The notes under the pieces were generated by a model. The model was not told where the DNA came from, searched no databases, and saw only the letters and a program-made list of their open reading frames with translations. The position numbers were made by a program, and so were the translations under genes. A stretch of DNA of 63,891 nucleotides, filler included, from an uncultured Methanoregulaceae archaeon (GTDB taxonomy: Archaea; Halobacteriota; Methanomicrobia; Methanomicrobiales; Methanospirillaceae): NCBI GenBank assembly GCA_964530035.1. It is 8 parts of 8 records of this genome, joined end to end, with 100 filler letters (N's around TTAATTAATTAA, not from the genome) between each part and the next. Parts side by side here need not be neighbours in the genome. Positions count along the whole stretch, not along the records: positions 25,456 to 33,762 come from CAZGXZ010000117.1; positions 33,863 to 42,114 come from CAZGXZ010000118.1; 6 more parts are not named here. The stretch is one strand, 5' to 3'. Positions 30,467 to 40,888 of the stretch are shown here, piece by piece. The stretch's first letter is position 1. Each line of letters starts with the position of its first letter.

Positions 30467-31960
30467 TCACACCATGACCGGTGCCCCCTCGGACAACTCA
30501 TCTCCGGTCTGGTAGTCGGGATGAATCTCCTGGCGGACAATACATGCAAGGACGAGGATGATGATGCCGACAAGGCATGCTACGAGGAATGCCACGTCGA
30601 AACCGGCCGTTAGGACCTCCTTCTGGATATTCACAGGTGCTTCCGAGGTCACGCCAAAGTGATTGGCGATCGAGATGACCCCCTGGATGAAGACCAGGTT
30701 GAAGAACGCGATGCCGATGGTCATCGGGGCGAACCGTTCGAGACTGGTGAGGCTTGAGACCATCCCCTGGTATTTCTTCGCGACGGAGTTCATGATCATG
30801 TTCGAGACCGGGGTGATGATCAGGCCGAGCCCGAACCCGATGAGGAAGAGACAGATTATAACGAAACCGGTTGTCGTGGTAACCCTGATGAGGGTCAGGA
30901 GGAAGTACCCGGCGACCAGGAACAGACCCGCGATGATGCTGAGTTTCTTCCCGCCCATCCGGTTGAAGAGCATCCCGCTGACGATCCCGCCGACCATCAT
31001 CGCGACCGAGAGAGCCGTCAGGATAAGCCCGGCGTCAGACGGGTTGTAATCGTGCACGTACTGCAGGTAGAAGGGGAGGAGGTAGTTGATCCCGGCAAGG
31101 CTGAAAAACACCAGGGCGAGAATTGCGTTCGTGAACAGGAAGTTCCGGTTTTTGAACAACCGGAGTTCGAGGAGCGGGTCTTTCGACCGGAGTTCGCACA
31201 CCACGAAGCTTCCGATGGTGATTGCCGCCAGGGCAAGGGTGCCGATGATTACCGGGCTGGTCCAGCCGAGTGTCTGGCCTTCGGACATCGCAAAGAGAAG
31301 GGACGCAAGGCCGGTAAAGATGAGGACCGCCCCCACCCGGTCGAACTTCCCGGAAGGCTCGTTCGGCGTTGATGCCGGGATGACCTTTGCACCAAGGAGA
31401 ATGGCACAGATACCGATCGGGACGTTGATGAAGAAGATCCAGGTCCAGGAGAGGTACTGGGTAAGGATACCTCCGACACTCGGGCCGATTGCCGTCCCCA
31501 GCGCTGCAAAGGTCATGATGATGCCCATGGCCTTGCCCTTCTGCTCCATCGGGACATAGGCCGTGATCATGGCCGGGCCGATTGCCGTGATCATGGCTCC
31601 TCCGACCCCCTGGAACGCCCGCGATCCTATGAGGATCCGAAAGGAATAGATGAAGTCAGGGAGGAACCCGCAGAAGAACGACCCAAGGGTGAAGATGATG
31701 AACCCGGTCAGAAAAACCTTTTTAAACCCGATCACGTCAGAGACCTTGCCGAAGATCAGGACGCAGCCTGACATCACGAGCAGGTAGATGGTCGAGACCC
31801 AGCTCACCGTGCTCGAGGAAACGTTGAACGATTCCGAGATCGTCGGCAGTGCAATATTGACAATCGTCCCATCGAGGGACGACATGAACGTGGCGAGCGA
31901 TATGGAGACGATGAGGAGCGTGAGACTCCCGGTGATCTTACCGGACCGGTCCGATGCCAT
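30467..31960 (-). CDS. MFS drug efflux transporter, DHA2 (EmrB/QacA) family
   Basis: 'LDGTIVNIALPTI', 'GKVSDVIG', 'W.WIFFINVPIG', 14-TM layout. Confidence 0.93.
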   Translation of the reverse strand: MASDRSGKITGSLTLLIVSISLATFMSSLDGTIVNIALPTISESFNVSSSTVSWVSTIYLLVMSGCVLIFGKVSDVIGFKKVFLTGFIIFTLGSFFCGFLPDFIYSFRILIGSRAFQGVGGAMITAIGPAMITAYVPMEQKGKAMGIIMTFAALGTAIGPSVGGILTQYLSWTWIFFINVPIGICAILLGAKVIPASTPNEPSGKFDRVGAVLIFTGLASLLFAMSEGQTLGWTSPVIIGTLALAAITIGSFVVCELRSKDPLLELRLFKNRNFLFTNAILALVFFSLAGINYLLPFYLQYVHDYNPSDAGLILTALSVAMMVGGIVSGMLFNRMGGKKLSIIAGLFLVAGYFLLTLIRVTTTTGFVIICLFLIGFGLGLIITPVSNMIMNSVAKKYQGMVSSLTSLERFAPMTIGIAFFNLVFIQGVISIANHFGVTSEAPVNIQKEVLTAGFDVAFLVACLVGIIILVLACIVRQEIHPDYQTGDELSEGAPVMV

Positions 31961-32166
31961 GTATAAGCCTGTGGGGAGCCAAGGTACAAGACAATTGCGT
32001 TTTTTTCCGGGTTCAACCGGGGATCCGGGTACCCTCGAATTCCGGACGGTCTGGAAGAAATGGATGAACCGCTTCCACCAGGTCCTTCAATGGTGCGCTC
32101 ATCCTACCAAATCGTTAACAATGTCCACGACAAAACTGAACCAGTCTTTCCCGGAGGCGTCACGAA

Positions 32167-33381
32167 TTGGACCAGGTCAGCCGCTGGCTATCACATCAGG
32201 CCCGGAATATCACCTCTCTCCCGGTCCCGTACACGTTCACCATCATCATGATCGTGGTACTGGCCCTCTACCTGCTCTCAAAAGGGCAGTCCTCTGAGCA
32301 GAACCATTTTGTCTACCTGGCCGACGCCTTTCTCCACGGCTCCCTGAGCCTCTCGGGCCATGGGATCACGCTCAACGAGGTCGTCCCCTACCATGGCAGC
32401 TACTATGTCGTGTACCCGCCGATGCCTGCCGTTCTGCTCATCCCGTTCGTAGCTGCCTATGGTACCGCCTTCGACCAGGCGCTGCTTTCCACTCTCCTTG
32501 CCAGCATCGCCGTCCCATGTACGTGGCTCATGCTCAGAAAAACCGGTTCGAACCCTGAAAAGGCCCTCTGGCTCACGGCACTGTTCGGTTTCGGAACCTG
32601 TCTCTGGTTCACGGCAGTGGTCGGCTCGTCATGGTACATCGAACACGTTTCGGCAGTCCTGTTCCTCACGACCGCCATACTCCTCACCCTGTACCGGAAA
32701 AACAACTTCATTATCGGCCTGGTCCTGGGGTTTGCTGCCCTCTCCCGGCTCCCGGTGGTCCTGTCCCTCCCGTTCTTCCTGCTCATGATATACGACCAGC
32801 AGGATGCATGGAGGCCTCGGATACGTGAATTCGCCTGCCTCCTCGCAGGACTCGCCATCCCCCTCGCCCTGAACGAGGTCTATAACTATCTCCGGTACGG
32901 GGTATTCTACGACATCGGGTACACCCTGATACCCGGTATCGAGTCGGACCCCTACTACACGCTCGGCATCTTTGATATCAGCTACATCCCGAGACACATC
33001 TATGCCATATTTTTCCAGGGCCCGACACTCCTCAACTCCTTTCCCTACTTTGAGCCGTCCTGGATGGGCCTCGGTCTGTTCTTCACAACACCCGCCTTCA
33101 TCTATATCTTCATGGGAAAGTGGGACCGCCTCAGTATCAAGGCGGGGATTGCCGTCCTGTGCATCCTGCCCGTCCTGATCACCCACGGCACGGTCGGCTT
33201 CACCCAGTTCGGCTACCGGTTCAGCCTCGACTTTATTCCGTTCCTGATGCTCCTGACCGCAAAAGGCATGAAGGAAATCCTCGACTGGAAGGAAAAGAGC
33301 CTGATTATCCTGAGTATCCTCATCAACCTCTGGGGCGTAATGATGCTCCTCCACGGGGGCCTGTACGGGTTTCCGTTCTAA
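32167..33381 (+). CDS. GT-C-type membrane glycosyltransferase-like protein
   Basis: multi-TM, 'LADAFLHG', 'VYPPMPA', 'FGYRFSLD'. Confidence 0.6.
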   Translation: MDQVSRWLSHQARNITSLPVPYTFTIIMIVVLALYLLSKGQSSEQNHFVYLADAFLHGSLSLSGHGITLNEVVPYHGSYYVVYPPMPAVLLIPFVAAYGTAFDQALLSTLLASIAVPCTWLMLRKTGSNPEKALWLTALFGFGTCLWFTAVVGSSWYIEHVSAVLFLTTAILLTLYRKNNFIIGLVLGFAALSRLPVVLSLPFFLLMIYDQQDAWRPRIREFACLLAGLAIPLALNEVYNYLRYGVFYDIGYTLIPGIESDPYYTLGIFDISYIPRHIYAIFFQGPTLLNSFPYFEPSWMGLGLFFTTPAFIYIFMGKWDRLSIKAGIAVLCILPVLITHGTVGFTQFGYRFSLDFIPFLMLLTAKGMKEILDWKEKSLIILSILINLWGVMMLLHGGLYGFPF

Positions 33382-33434
33382 GAAAAGCCGGACCAGGAAG
33401 GCCCCCTGAATCCCCTGCTCCGGGGAGAAGCCGG

Positions 33435-33762
33435 TTATCCTTGCGTTTTTTCAGTTTGGTTCCCGGGGTGCGGTCCCGTTCCGGTCCGGCGCTCCCACTC
33501 CCTGCCGTACACATATCCGTTCCGAAACGCAGGACCGAGCACTGCAATGAAGAGGACCGTCCCGAGGGTCAGGGCCCAGGCGAGGTTGTTTGAGATATAT
33601 CCCGTGAACTTGCTTTCAAAGGGCCGGCCGAACAGGAGCGTCCCGCACCCGGCGAGGAGCAGCATACAGGCGATGGTTGCGACCAGGGCGACGACGAGGT
33701 AGGTCGCCGTGGAATGAAGGTCCACCCTGATATCCCTGCTCCCCATCATCCGGTGCCAGAGG
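33435..33762 (-). CDS. C-terminal part of a membrane protein, probably 5'-truncated
   Basis: two TM segments; runs to the contig edge. Confidence 0.5.
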
Positions 33763-33862
33763 NNNNNNNNNNNNNNNNNNNNNNNNNNNNNNNNNNNNNN
33801 NNNNNNTTAATTAATTAANNNNNNNNNNNNNNNNNNNNNNNNNNNNNNNNNNNNNNNNNNNN
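33763..33862. other. artificial contig linker
   Basis: N44-TTAATTAATTAA-N44. Confidence 0.99.
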
Positions 33863-33864
33863 AG

Positions 33865-35025
33865 ATCCGGCCCCAGGGGCATGACATCATCAGGACATGG
33901 GCTTTTTATACCATCCTCAGATCCGTGGCATTAACCGGAAAGAGGCCCTGGGACAAGATCCTCGTAAACGGCATGGTCCTTGGCGAAGACGGGTTCAAGA
34001 TGTCCAAGAGCAGGGGGAACATCATCGTGCCCGAGGAGATCCTCTCCAAGTACGGTGCCGATGCCCTGAGGCAGTGGTCGGCGGCGGGAGCTGCGACTGG
34101 CTCAGACATAACGTTCAGCTGGAACGATGTCGTAGCGGCGTCCCGCTTCCAGACCAAGATGTGGAACATAGTACGGTTCGCCTTGATGCAGTTGGACCGC
34201 GCCCCCTATCCGGCCGGTGCGGTGGTCACCCATGTAATTGACCGGTGGCTCCTGTCCCGCCTCCATGCCACGGTTGCCGAAGTGACCGTGGCGATGGACG
34301 CCTGCCAGTTTGACCGGGCTCTTAAAGCTATCCGGGAGTTCGCCTGGGAGACCCTTGCCGACAATTACATCGAGCTGGTCAAGGGACGGCTCTATGCTGA
34401 CGGCCCGGGAAGGGAATCGGCCTGCAATGCTCTCGCCGAAACCATTGACACCCTTTGCCGGCTCCTCGCACCGTTCGTCCCCCATTTTGCAGAGGAGTGT
34501 TATGCCCACCTCGGCAGGGGCAGCGTACACCGGCAGTCGTGGCCTTCAGCAGGTCCCGTGGACGCAGCAGCAGAATCGGAAGGGGCTCTCGTTACCGACG
34601 TTGCGGCAGCCGTCCGCCGGCATAAACATGAGAAAGGCATGGCCCTCAACGCTCACCTCTCCCATGTCACCGTGTACGCACCCCGGGTTGTAAAGGACGA
34701 CGGGGACCTCTCCCGGGCGGTGAATGCCCCTGTTGACTGGCGTAGCGGTGAACCGCATCTTGAACGGCTGATCACCGGCGTCACGTTCAACCATAGTGTT
34801 ATCGGGCCCGTCCTCAGGGGAAAGGCGAAGGCGTTCATGGCGGCGGTCCGGGAACTGCCGGTAAAAACCCTTGAAAACCCTCCGTCCAGCATTACCGTCG
34901 GAGGCGAAGAGATCACCGTCCCGGAAGGGGCCTTCACACCCCAGGTTGCCTACACCGAGGGTGGTTCGCAGGTGGACGTCCTTACGGTCGGCGACGTGGT
35001 CGTTGCCGTACAGCAAGATCCCTGA
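33865..35025 (+). CDS. valS: valyl-tRNA synthetase, 5'-truncated
   Basis: 'RPQGHDIIRTWAFYT', KMSKS, 'YGADALR', 'DNYIELVK'. Confidence 0.95.
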   Translation: MRPQGHDIIRTWAFYTILRSVALTGKRPWDKILVNGMVLGEDGFKMSKSRGNIIVPEEILSKYGADALRQWSAAGAATGSDITFSWNDVVAASRFQTKMWNIVRFALMQLDRAPYPAGAVVTHVIDRWLLSRLHATVAEVTVAMDACQFDRALKAIREFAWETLADNYIELVKGRLYADGPGRESACNALAETIDTLCRLLAPFVPHFAEECYAHLGRGSVHRQSWPSAGPVDAAAESEGALVTDVAAAVRRHKHEKGMALNAHLSHVTVYAPRVVKDDGDLSRAVNAPVDWRSGEPHLERLITGVTFNHSVIGPVLRGKAKAFMAAVRELPVKTLENPPSSITVGGEEITVPEGAFTPQVAYTEGGSQVDVLTVGDVVVAVQQDP

Positions 35026-35599
35026 TCATTTTTTCAACACCCTGAGCGAGGGTTTCCCGCGCGAGGAGGCCGTCAAGCAGGACGAAGCGGGCGGGGTCGT
35101 CGAGGGCGAGTTTAAGGTACATGTCCTGGACCTCCTTTAAAAACACGGGGTCCTCGAAATGGTCCGTCTTTCCTGTCGCACGTCGTCGTTCGACCGCGGT
35201 CTCCGGGGGGACGGTCATGAGAAATGTCATATCAGGGACGATGGACCAGCCCGAATGAAGTGCCTTGAGCCATTCAAGCGGGTTGTCCAGGACTCCCCTG
35301 AGTGTCACGCTCTGGTAGGAATACCTGCTGTCGGTATAACGGTCCGAGATGACAAGCCGTCCCTCCTGGAGGGCCGGCCTGACCACCGTCGCGAGGTGCT
35401 CGGCATGGTCGGCGGCAAAGAGGAGGGCCTCGGTCAGGGGGTGGCTTTCCCTGGAAATTGCGGTCCTTACCGGTTCTCCCACCCAGGTCGCCCCGGGTTC
35501 CCTGGTGAAGACAGGGCCGAGATCGGCAAGGGAGTCCTCTAGAAGGCGTATCAGTGTTGATTTTCCCGAACCATCTATCCCTTCGAGGGTGATCAGCAG
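34982..35599 (-). CDS. tmk: thymidylate kinase, probable CTG start
   Basis: 'LITLEGIDGSGKST', 'TREPG', 'ISDRY.DS..SYQ'; ORF track misses the P-loop. Confidence 0.92.
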   Translation of the reverse strand: MLITLEGIDGSGKSTLIRLLEDSLADLGPVFTREPGATWVGEPVRTAISRESHPLTEALLFAADHAEHLATVVRPALQEGRLVISDRYTDSRYSYQSVTLRGVLDNPLEWLKALHSGWSIVPDMTFLMTVPPETAVERRRATGKTDHFEDPVFLKEVQDMYLKLALDDPARFVLLDGLLARETLAQGVEKMIRDLAVRQRPRRRP

Positions 35600-36258
35600 A
35601 ATGACCCACTCCTTACGTATTCAACCGGGATCCGCCCCTGGTGTACGGCGGTGGATATGATTGCCCCGTCGAAGCCCGAACCGGCAAGCCTTGACAGGTC
35701 GGCACAGGAACCAACACCTCCACCCCAGTACAACGGCTTTTCCGTGGCCTTTCGCATGCGGGCAAGGATTTTCACAGGCAGCCCGCGCTTCGTACCGACG
35801 CCGCTGATATCAAGGAGGATAATCCCTTCGAATGCTGACCCGTCTGCCTCGCAGAGCACCTCGACAGGGTCGCGACCTGTGGGAATAGTCCGCCCTCCCA
35901 CCATGTCAACCGAGAGGAACCCGCTTTTGTACTGTGAAAGGTCACCCGCGGTCTCGGTCCCGATGACATCGGTGACCGGTCCGCCGAGGAGTTCTTTGAT
36001 GGAATGCGCACCGCGGTCGACAAAAATTCGGTCCACCCGGGTCGCCAGGGACATGATGTGACCAGTCTCACTCCCTGATCCGGTGATCCGTGAGAGGTCT
36101 GCAACATAGAGAAAGCGCGGTCGTACCGCCCGGATGTATCCCAAAGGTTCTGCTGTCGGTGATATGCCCCAGTCCAGGGGCCGGTAGGTGTCGCGATCAC
36201 CGCTCCTCCCCCACACGACCTTTCCGAAGCGTAAATCGACCGCCAGAACGATATCCAT
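35593..36258 (-). CDS. HisA/HisF-related TIM-barrel protein of methanogens
   Basis: 'AVDLRFGKVV.G.SGDRDTYRP', 'LYVADL', 'VGTKRG', 'GGGV'. Confidence 0.85.
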   Translation of the reverse strand: MDIVLAVDLRFGKVVWGRSGDRDTYRPLDWGISPTAEPLGYIRAVRPRFLYVADLSRITGSGSETGHIMSLATRVDRIFVDRGAHSIKELLGGPVTDVIGTETAGDLSQYKSGFLSVDMVGGRTIPTGRDPVEVLCEADGSAFEGIILLDISGVGTKRGLPVKILARMRKATEKPLYWGGGVGSCADLSRLAGSGFDGAIISTAVHQGRIPVEYVRSGSFC

Positions 36259-36303
36259 TGGTAAAACGCAATCACTATTAGTCTTCGTGTTCACATAAAT
36301 CAT

Positions 36304-36990
36304 ATGCAGCTGCTCGTCAGCCCAAGAGACCTGAAAGAAGCGAGAAAATCTCTTGCTGCTGATATTATTGATGTCAAGCGGCCGGCCGAAGGGTCGCTCG
36401 GGGCGAACTACCCCTGGGTCATCAGGTCCATCAGGGACATGACTGATAAACCTGTGTCAGCCGCGATCGGGGACTTTCCTTACAAACCGGGCGGAGCGGC
36501 ACTTGCAGCCTACGGGGCCGCATGCGCCGGGGCGGACTATGTCAAGATCGGCCTCTTTTTTGACGGAGTGCAGCAGGCCGAGGACATGGTGACCGCTGTT
36601 GTCAAGGCCGTGAAGGACGATTTCCCTGAAAAAAAGGTCGTGATAGCGGCATACTCCGATTATATCCGGTTGAAAACCATCTCCCCCTTCGTGATGGCAC
36701 CGGTTGCAGCAGCAGCCGGAGCGGATGTTCTCATGGTGGACACCGGCCTGAAGGACGGTAAGAGTACATTTTCCTTCATGACCGAAGAGGACCTCGAACG
36801 GTTCACGACCGGAAACCGGAAGCTGGGAGTTGAGACCGCCCTGGCCGGCTCGCTGACATTTGCGGACCTTCCCGCCCTCAAGCGGATAGGTCCGGAGATC
36901 ATCGGCGTCCGTGGAATGGTGTGCGGAGGGGACCGTGCAGCCTCCATCCAGGAGGAGCTCGTGGAACGTGCCGTTGCCCTGGTGAGGTAG
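36304..36990 (+). CDS. mfnB: (5-formylfuran-3-yl)methyl phosphate synthase
   Basis: 'LLVSP', 'ADIIDVK.P.EGSLGA', 'DYVKIG', 'ALAGSL', 'IIGVRG.VC'. Confidence 0.93.
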   Translation: MQLLVSPRDLKEARKSLAADIIDVKRPAEGSLGANYPWVIRSIRDMTDKPVSAAIGDFPYKPGGAALAAYGAACAGADYVKIGLFFDGVQQAEDMVTAVVKAVKDDFPEKKVVIAAYSDYIRLKTISPFVMAPVAAAAGADVLMVDTGLKDGKSTFSFMTEEDLERFTTGNRKLGVETALAGSLTFADLPALKRIGPEIIGVRGMVCGGDRAASIQEELVERAVALVR

Positions 36991-38457
36991 ATGTTTTCCG
37001 ACAAGCTGAACGCACCCCTCGGGATTACCTTCGATGATGTCCTGCTCGTCCCTGCCGAGTCCCACATCGAGCCAGACCAGGCTGACACCCGGGCCCGTTT
37101 CACCAGGAAAATCCTGTTGAACATTCCCCTGGTCTCTGCCGCAATGGACACGGTGACCGAGTCAGCCATGGCGATCGCACTGGCCCGGGCGGGGGGCATC
37201 GGGGTAATCCACCGGAACATGTCCGCCGAACGGGAACGGGACGAGGTTGTCCAGGTCAAGCGCGAGGAGGAGCTGATCGAGCGGGACGTCCTTTCTGTTG
37301 GAACGGAAGCAACCGTGATGGACGTCGAACAATTGATGAACCGTCACGGGATATCCGGTGTCCCGGTCGTCACGGACGGGGTCATCGTCGGGATCGTGAG
37401 CCGTCGCGACGTCCGGGCAATCGTCTCGAAGCGTGGAGGGGAGTCCATTGAGAGCATCATGACCCGCACGCCAATTACTGCCGACGAACGCATCACGATG
37501 GAGGAAGCACTCGAGACCATGTATACCAACAAGGTCGAACGGCTCCCTGTCGTCAACCAGGAAAAACAGCTGATCGGCATCATCACTATGCAGGACCTCC
37601 TCGAAAAAAAGCAGTACCCCCAGGCGACGCGGGATAAAAACGGGAACCTGAGGGTTGCCGCGGCCGTCGGGCCGTTTGATTTCCAGAGGGCGATGATGCT
37701 CGACGAAGCGGGTGCTGATGCCCTTGTCGTCGACTGTGCTCACGGTCACAACATGAATGTCGTCAGGGCGGTCAAAGACATCAAGGGGAGCGCGGCCGCT
37801 GAGGTCATCGCCGGCAACATCGCCACTGAAAAGGCTGCAAAGACTCTTGTAGATTGTGTCGATGCTCTCAAGGTGGGGATTGGGCCAGGTTCGATCTGCA
37901 CGACCAGGATTGTTGCAGGAGTCGGGATCCCCCAGATCACCGCCGTTTCAACGGTCGCCGATGTTGCCGTGAAGACCGGTGTCCCGGTCATTGCAGACGG
38001 AGGGATACGGTACAGTGGTGATGTTGCAAAGGCGCTCGCCGCAGGGGCGAACACGGTCATGATCGGCAACCTTTTCGCCGGGACAGACGAGGCACCGGGG
38101 CGCATCATCAGCATCAAGGGAAGGCGGTACAAGCAGTACCGCGGGATGGGATCGCTTGGCGTCATGAGTGGCGGGGAGTCCTCGGACCGGTATTTCCAGA
38201 AAAAGGATATAGGCAGGACAAAGTTCGTCCCCGAAGGTGTGGAAGGGGTCGCACCCTATGTCGGCGAGGTATCCGAGATCATCTACCAGCTCGTCGGCGG
38301 CCTGAAATCCGCGATGGGATACACGGGTGCAAAGGATATTGCGAACCTGCACTCCAGGGCCGAGTTCATCAGGATCACGAGTGCAGCCTATCACGAGAGC
38401 CACCCCCACAACATCATGATCACCGACGAGGCGCCGAATTACCGCCTGTCAGACTGA
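36991..38457 (+). CDS. guaB: IMP dehydrogenase
   Basis: 'TFDDVLLVP', CBS pair, '[13 protein letters not shown]', 'YRGMGS', 'PEGVEG'. Confidence 0.97.
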   Translation: MFSDKLNAPLGITFDDVLLVPAESHIEPDQADTRARFTRKILLNIPLVSAAMDTVTESAMAIALARAGGIGVIHRNMSAERERDEVVQVKREEELIERDVLSVGTEATVMDVEQLMNRHGISGVPVVTDGVIVGIVSRRDVRAIVSKRGGESIESIMTRTPITADERITMEEALETMYTNKVERLPVVNQEKQLIGIITMQDLLEKKQYPQATRDKNGNLRVAAAVGPFDFQRAMMLDEAGADALVVDCAHGHNMNVVRAVKDIKGSAAAEVIAGNIATEKAAKTLVDCVDALKVGIGPGSICTTRIVAGVGIPQITAVSTVADVAVKTGVPVIADGGIRYSGDVAKALAAGANTVMIGNLFAGTDEAPGRIISIKGRRYKQYRGMGSLGVMSGGESSDRYFQKKDIGRTKFVPEGVEGVAPYVGEVSEIIYQLVGGLKSAMGYTGAKDIANLHSRAEFIRITSAAYHESHPHNIMITDEAPNYRLSD

Positions 38458-38464
38458 GCACGGG

Positions 38465-39715
38465 ATGGCTGCCAGGAGAAGAAAGTACGACCGAGTCAAG
38501 CGGGAAGGGAGGGAATACCTTGCCATACCCGTTGACCCCGGCCGGCCTCTCCTCGACCAGGAACGCGCCGCCATCCGGGATATCAACGCAGCCAGTTCCC
38601 CAAAAGAAATTTTCCTGGCAGAGGAAAATGGAGTCCTTGCCTGTTTTGTCAATACCATCTCTCCTGAAGAATTACAGCAGGTTGTCCGGGATGCCATTGC
38701 AGGCCGCGGCCTGGACGAGCTCTATACCACGAAAGGAGTATCAGACCCTTTTTCAACATTTCTTGCCCGGCTGGATGAGATAGGTTCGTACGGCATCAGG
38801 AACGGGCGAAGGATTTACGCGGGCTATGATGGAGAGCGGAAGGTCGAAGACCGTGCAGGAAAGGCAGGGCTGAGGGGTGCGGTGTATTATACGAGGGGGC
38901 ATTCTTTCACCCGGGAGAAAAATGATCTCCCCTTTGATTTTTCAGGCAGGGTCATGTGCGGTGACGCCGAGGAGGTCCTGAGAAAACTTCCTGACAACTG
39001 CATCGACCTTGTCTTCACGTCGCCACCGTACAACTTCGGGCTGGCCTATGGATCCACCGGTGACGAGGACATGTGGGAGCGGTATTTCGACAAGCTGTTC
39101 GCCGTGTTCGATGAATGCATACGGGTCCTGTGCTGGGGGGGGAGGATCGTGGTGAATGTCCAACCCCTGTTTTCCGATTACATCCCGAGTCACCATGTGA
39201 TATCGCAGCACTTCATGAAGCGGCACCTGATCTGGAAGGGTGAGGTGCTGTGGGAAAAAAACAACTACAACTGCAAGTACACGTCGTGGGGCTCCTGGAA
39301 AAGCCCTTCAAGCCCGTACCTGAAGTATACCTGGGAATTTCTTGAAATATTCGCCAAGGGTGACCTGAAAAAGACGGGGTCCCCGGAAAACGCTGATATA
39401 TCCGGCGATGAGTTCAAGGAGTGGGTGGTCGCACGGTGGGCGATAGCCCCGGAACGCCGCATGAAGGAACTCGACCACCCGGCGGTATTTCCCGAAGCCC
39501 TGGCCGAACGGGTGATCAAGCTCTTCAGCTTTTCCGGGGATGCCGTGCTTGACCCCTTTAACGGTGTCGGGACGACGACGGCAGTTGCAACAAGGTTACA
39601 CCGTCGTACCCTCGGCATTGACATTGATCCGGGGTATTGCAGGACTGCGACGGAACGAATGGAGAAGGAACACAAGGCAGCAAGGAATGGTCGGCAGGCA
39701 ACCCTTCCTGAGTAG
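38465..39715 (+). CDS. beta-class DNA methyltransferase (probably N4-cytosine) with long N-terminal extension
   Basis: motif IV 'TSPPY' precedes 'HPAVFP' and motif I 'LDPFNGVGTT'. Confidence 0.9.
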   Translation: MAARRRKYDRVKREGREYLAIPVDPGRPLLDQERAAIRDINAASSPKEIFLAEENGVLACFVNTISPEELQQVVRDAIAGRGLDELYTTKGVSDPFSTFLARLDEIGSYGIRNGRRIYAGYDGERKVEDRAGKAGLRGAVYYTRGHSFTREKNDLPFDFSGRVMCGDAEEVLRKLPDNCIDLVFTSPPYNFGLAYGSTGDEDMWERYFDKLFAVFDECIRVLCWGGRIVVNVQPLFSDYIPSHHVISQHFMKRHLIWKGEVLWEKNNYNCKYTSWGSWKSPSSPYLKYTWEFLEIFAKGDLKKTGSPENADISGDEFKEWVVARWAIAPERRMKELDHPAVFPEALAERVIKLFSFSGDAVLDPFNGVGTTTAVATRLHRRTLGIDIDPGYCRTATERMEKEHKAARNGRQATLPE

Positions 39716-39797
39716 TCCTCAGTTCCCTCTTAACCCCGGCCTGCAACACCATATTCATCCTGGTGACTTCCCATCCGGTCGTGCCGGTATAGGACAA

Positions 39798-39830
39798 TAT
39801 TTAAGTCATCCTTTACTAACCATGGGTGAG
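39798..39830 (+). promoter_or_regulatory. TATA box plus HSR1-like heat-shock operator
   Basis: TATTTAAG at 39798; CTAAC-N5-GTGAG at 39816-39830 versus Archaeoglobus HSR1 site CTAAC-N5-GTTAG. Confidence 0.65.
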
Positions 39831-39832
39831 CC

Positions 39833-40450
39833 ATGCTCGACCCTGTGGAGGTAGCTGAGCTCCTGGATATCCTCGGGAACCGTAACCGGAGGAGGATTAT
39901 CGAGCTGCTGCGCCAGAAACCCTGTTTCGTCACCGAGATCTCGGACCGGCTCACTATCAGCCCGAAAGCGGTGATCGACCACCTGCAGATGCTCGAGGAG
40001 GCAGAGATCCTTGCCTGCCGCATGGACGAACGGCGAAGAAAATACTACTACCTTGCAAATGACATCATCATCGCCGTAAGCCGCCGGCAGCCGGCCGGTG
40101 CACTGCCCTCTCCGGCGGTGGAGGAGAAGAAGCGGTTTTTCAGGGAACTGCGGACACTGCGCCAGATGATCCGGACCAGGGACGAGATGCTGGACAGTGT
40201 TGAACACCTTGAGAGGGATATCGAACGGCAGATCAGTACCGTCATGCAGCAGGGCCGCGAGATCATCCCTGATGACGGGGAACTGCGGCTTGCGGTTGCC
40301 CTCGGCCATTACAACCTCTCACAAGAGGACCTGGCCCACATGACCGGGATGAGCAGGGCTGACCTGGAGCCACGGCTTGCATCGCTGGTTGAAAAAGGGA
40401 TCGCCGACAGGGACGGCGATGCGTTCATGTTGAGGACCCATGCAGGGTGA
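39833..40450 (+). CDS. ArsR-family regulator, HSR1/Phr-like
   Basis: 'LDILGNRNRRRII.LL..KPCFVTEIS..L.ISPKAVIDHL', coiled coil, second HTH. Confidence 0.85.
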   Translation: MLDPVEVAELLDILGNRNRRRIIELLRQKPCFVTEISDRLTISPKAVIDHLQMLEEAEILACRMDERRRKYYYLANDIIIAVSRRQPAGALPSPAVEEKKRFFRELRTLRQMIRTRDEMLDSVEHLERDIERQISTVMQQGREIIPDDGELRLAVALGHYNLSQEDLAHMTGMSRADLEPRLASLVEKGIADRDGDAFMLRTHAG

Positions 40451-40847
40451 ACCCTATGACGAACTGGTGACGAGAATCTCGGGGATCATAGCCGACCTCA
40501 TCGCCGGAGCCGCACGGGAGGACATGTGCGGGGAAGTCAGGTGTATCATGATCACAAGCTCTCCGGAAGCGGGAGGAGGTGGAGGCACAGGAGAGGACGA
40601 GCCAGCTCCAATCGAGTATGAACTGGTTGAGTCAGGCGAGTACTGGTACGTGACCGCCCGGCTTCCCACCTCCACTGACAGGGCTGCATATGTCGACATC
40701 CAGAAGGACCGGGTCAGGATATGTGTGGGAAGGACGGAAACGGTCGTCCCCCTGAACGGAAAGGCCGACCTGCCACGGAGTTTCTATGATGTACGGCACG
40801 GCATCGTGGATGTAACCGTGCATAAATGCCCGAAAAAGGAAGTCTGA
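40440..40847 (+). CDS. Hsp20/CS-like small protein
   Basis: alpha-crystallin-like strands ending 'HGIVDVTV'; coupled to the regulator. Confidence 0.6.
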   Translation: MQGEPYDELVTRISGIIADLIAGAAREDMCGEVRCIMITSSPEAGGGGGTGEDEPAPIEYELVESGEYWYVTARLPTSTDRAAYVDIQKDRVRICVGRTETVVPLNGKADLPRSFYDVRHGIVDVTVHKCPKKEV

Positions 40848-40888
40848 CCCTTCTTTTTTTCAGAGGTGCCGGAGCCGGCCCGCTCCTG

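Noticed and set aside
34982..35025. 44-bp convergent overlap of valS and tmk
   Set aside because: Short tail-to-tail overlaps are common in compact archaeal genomes.
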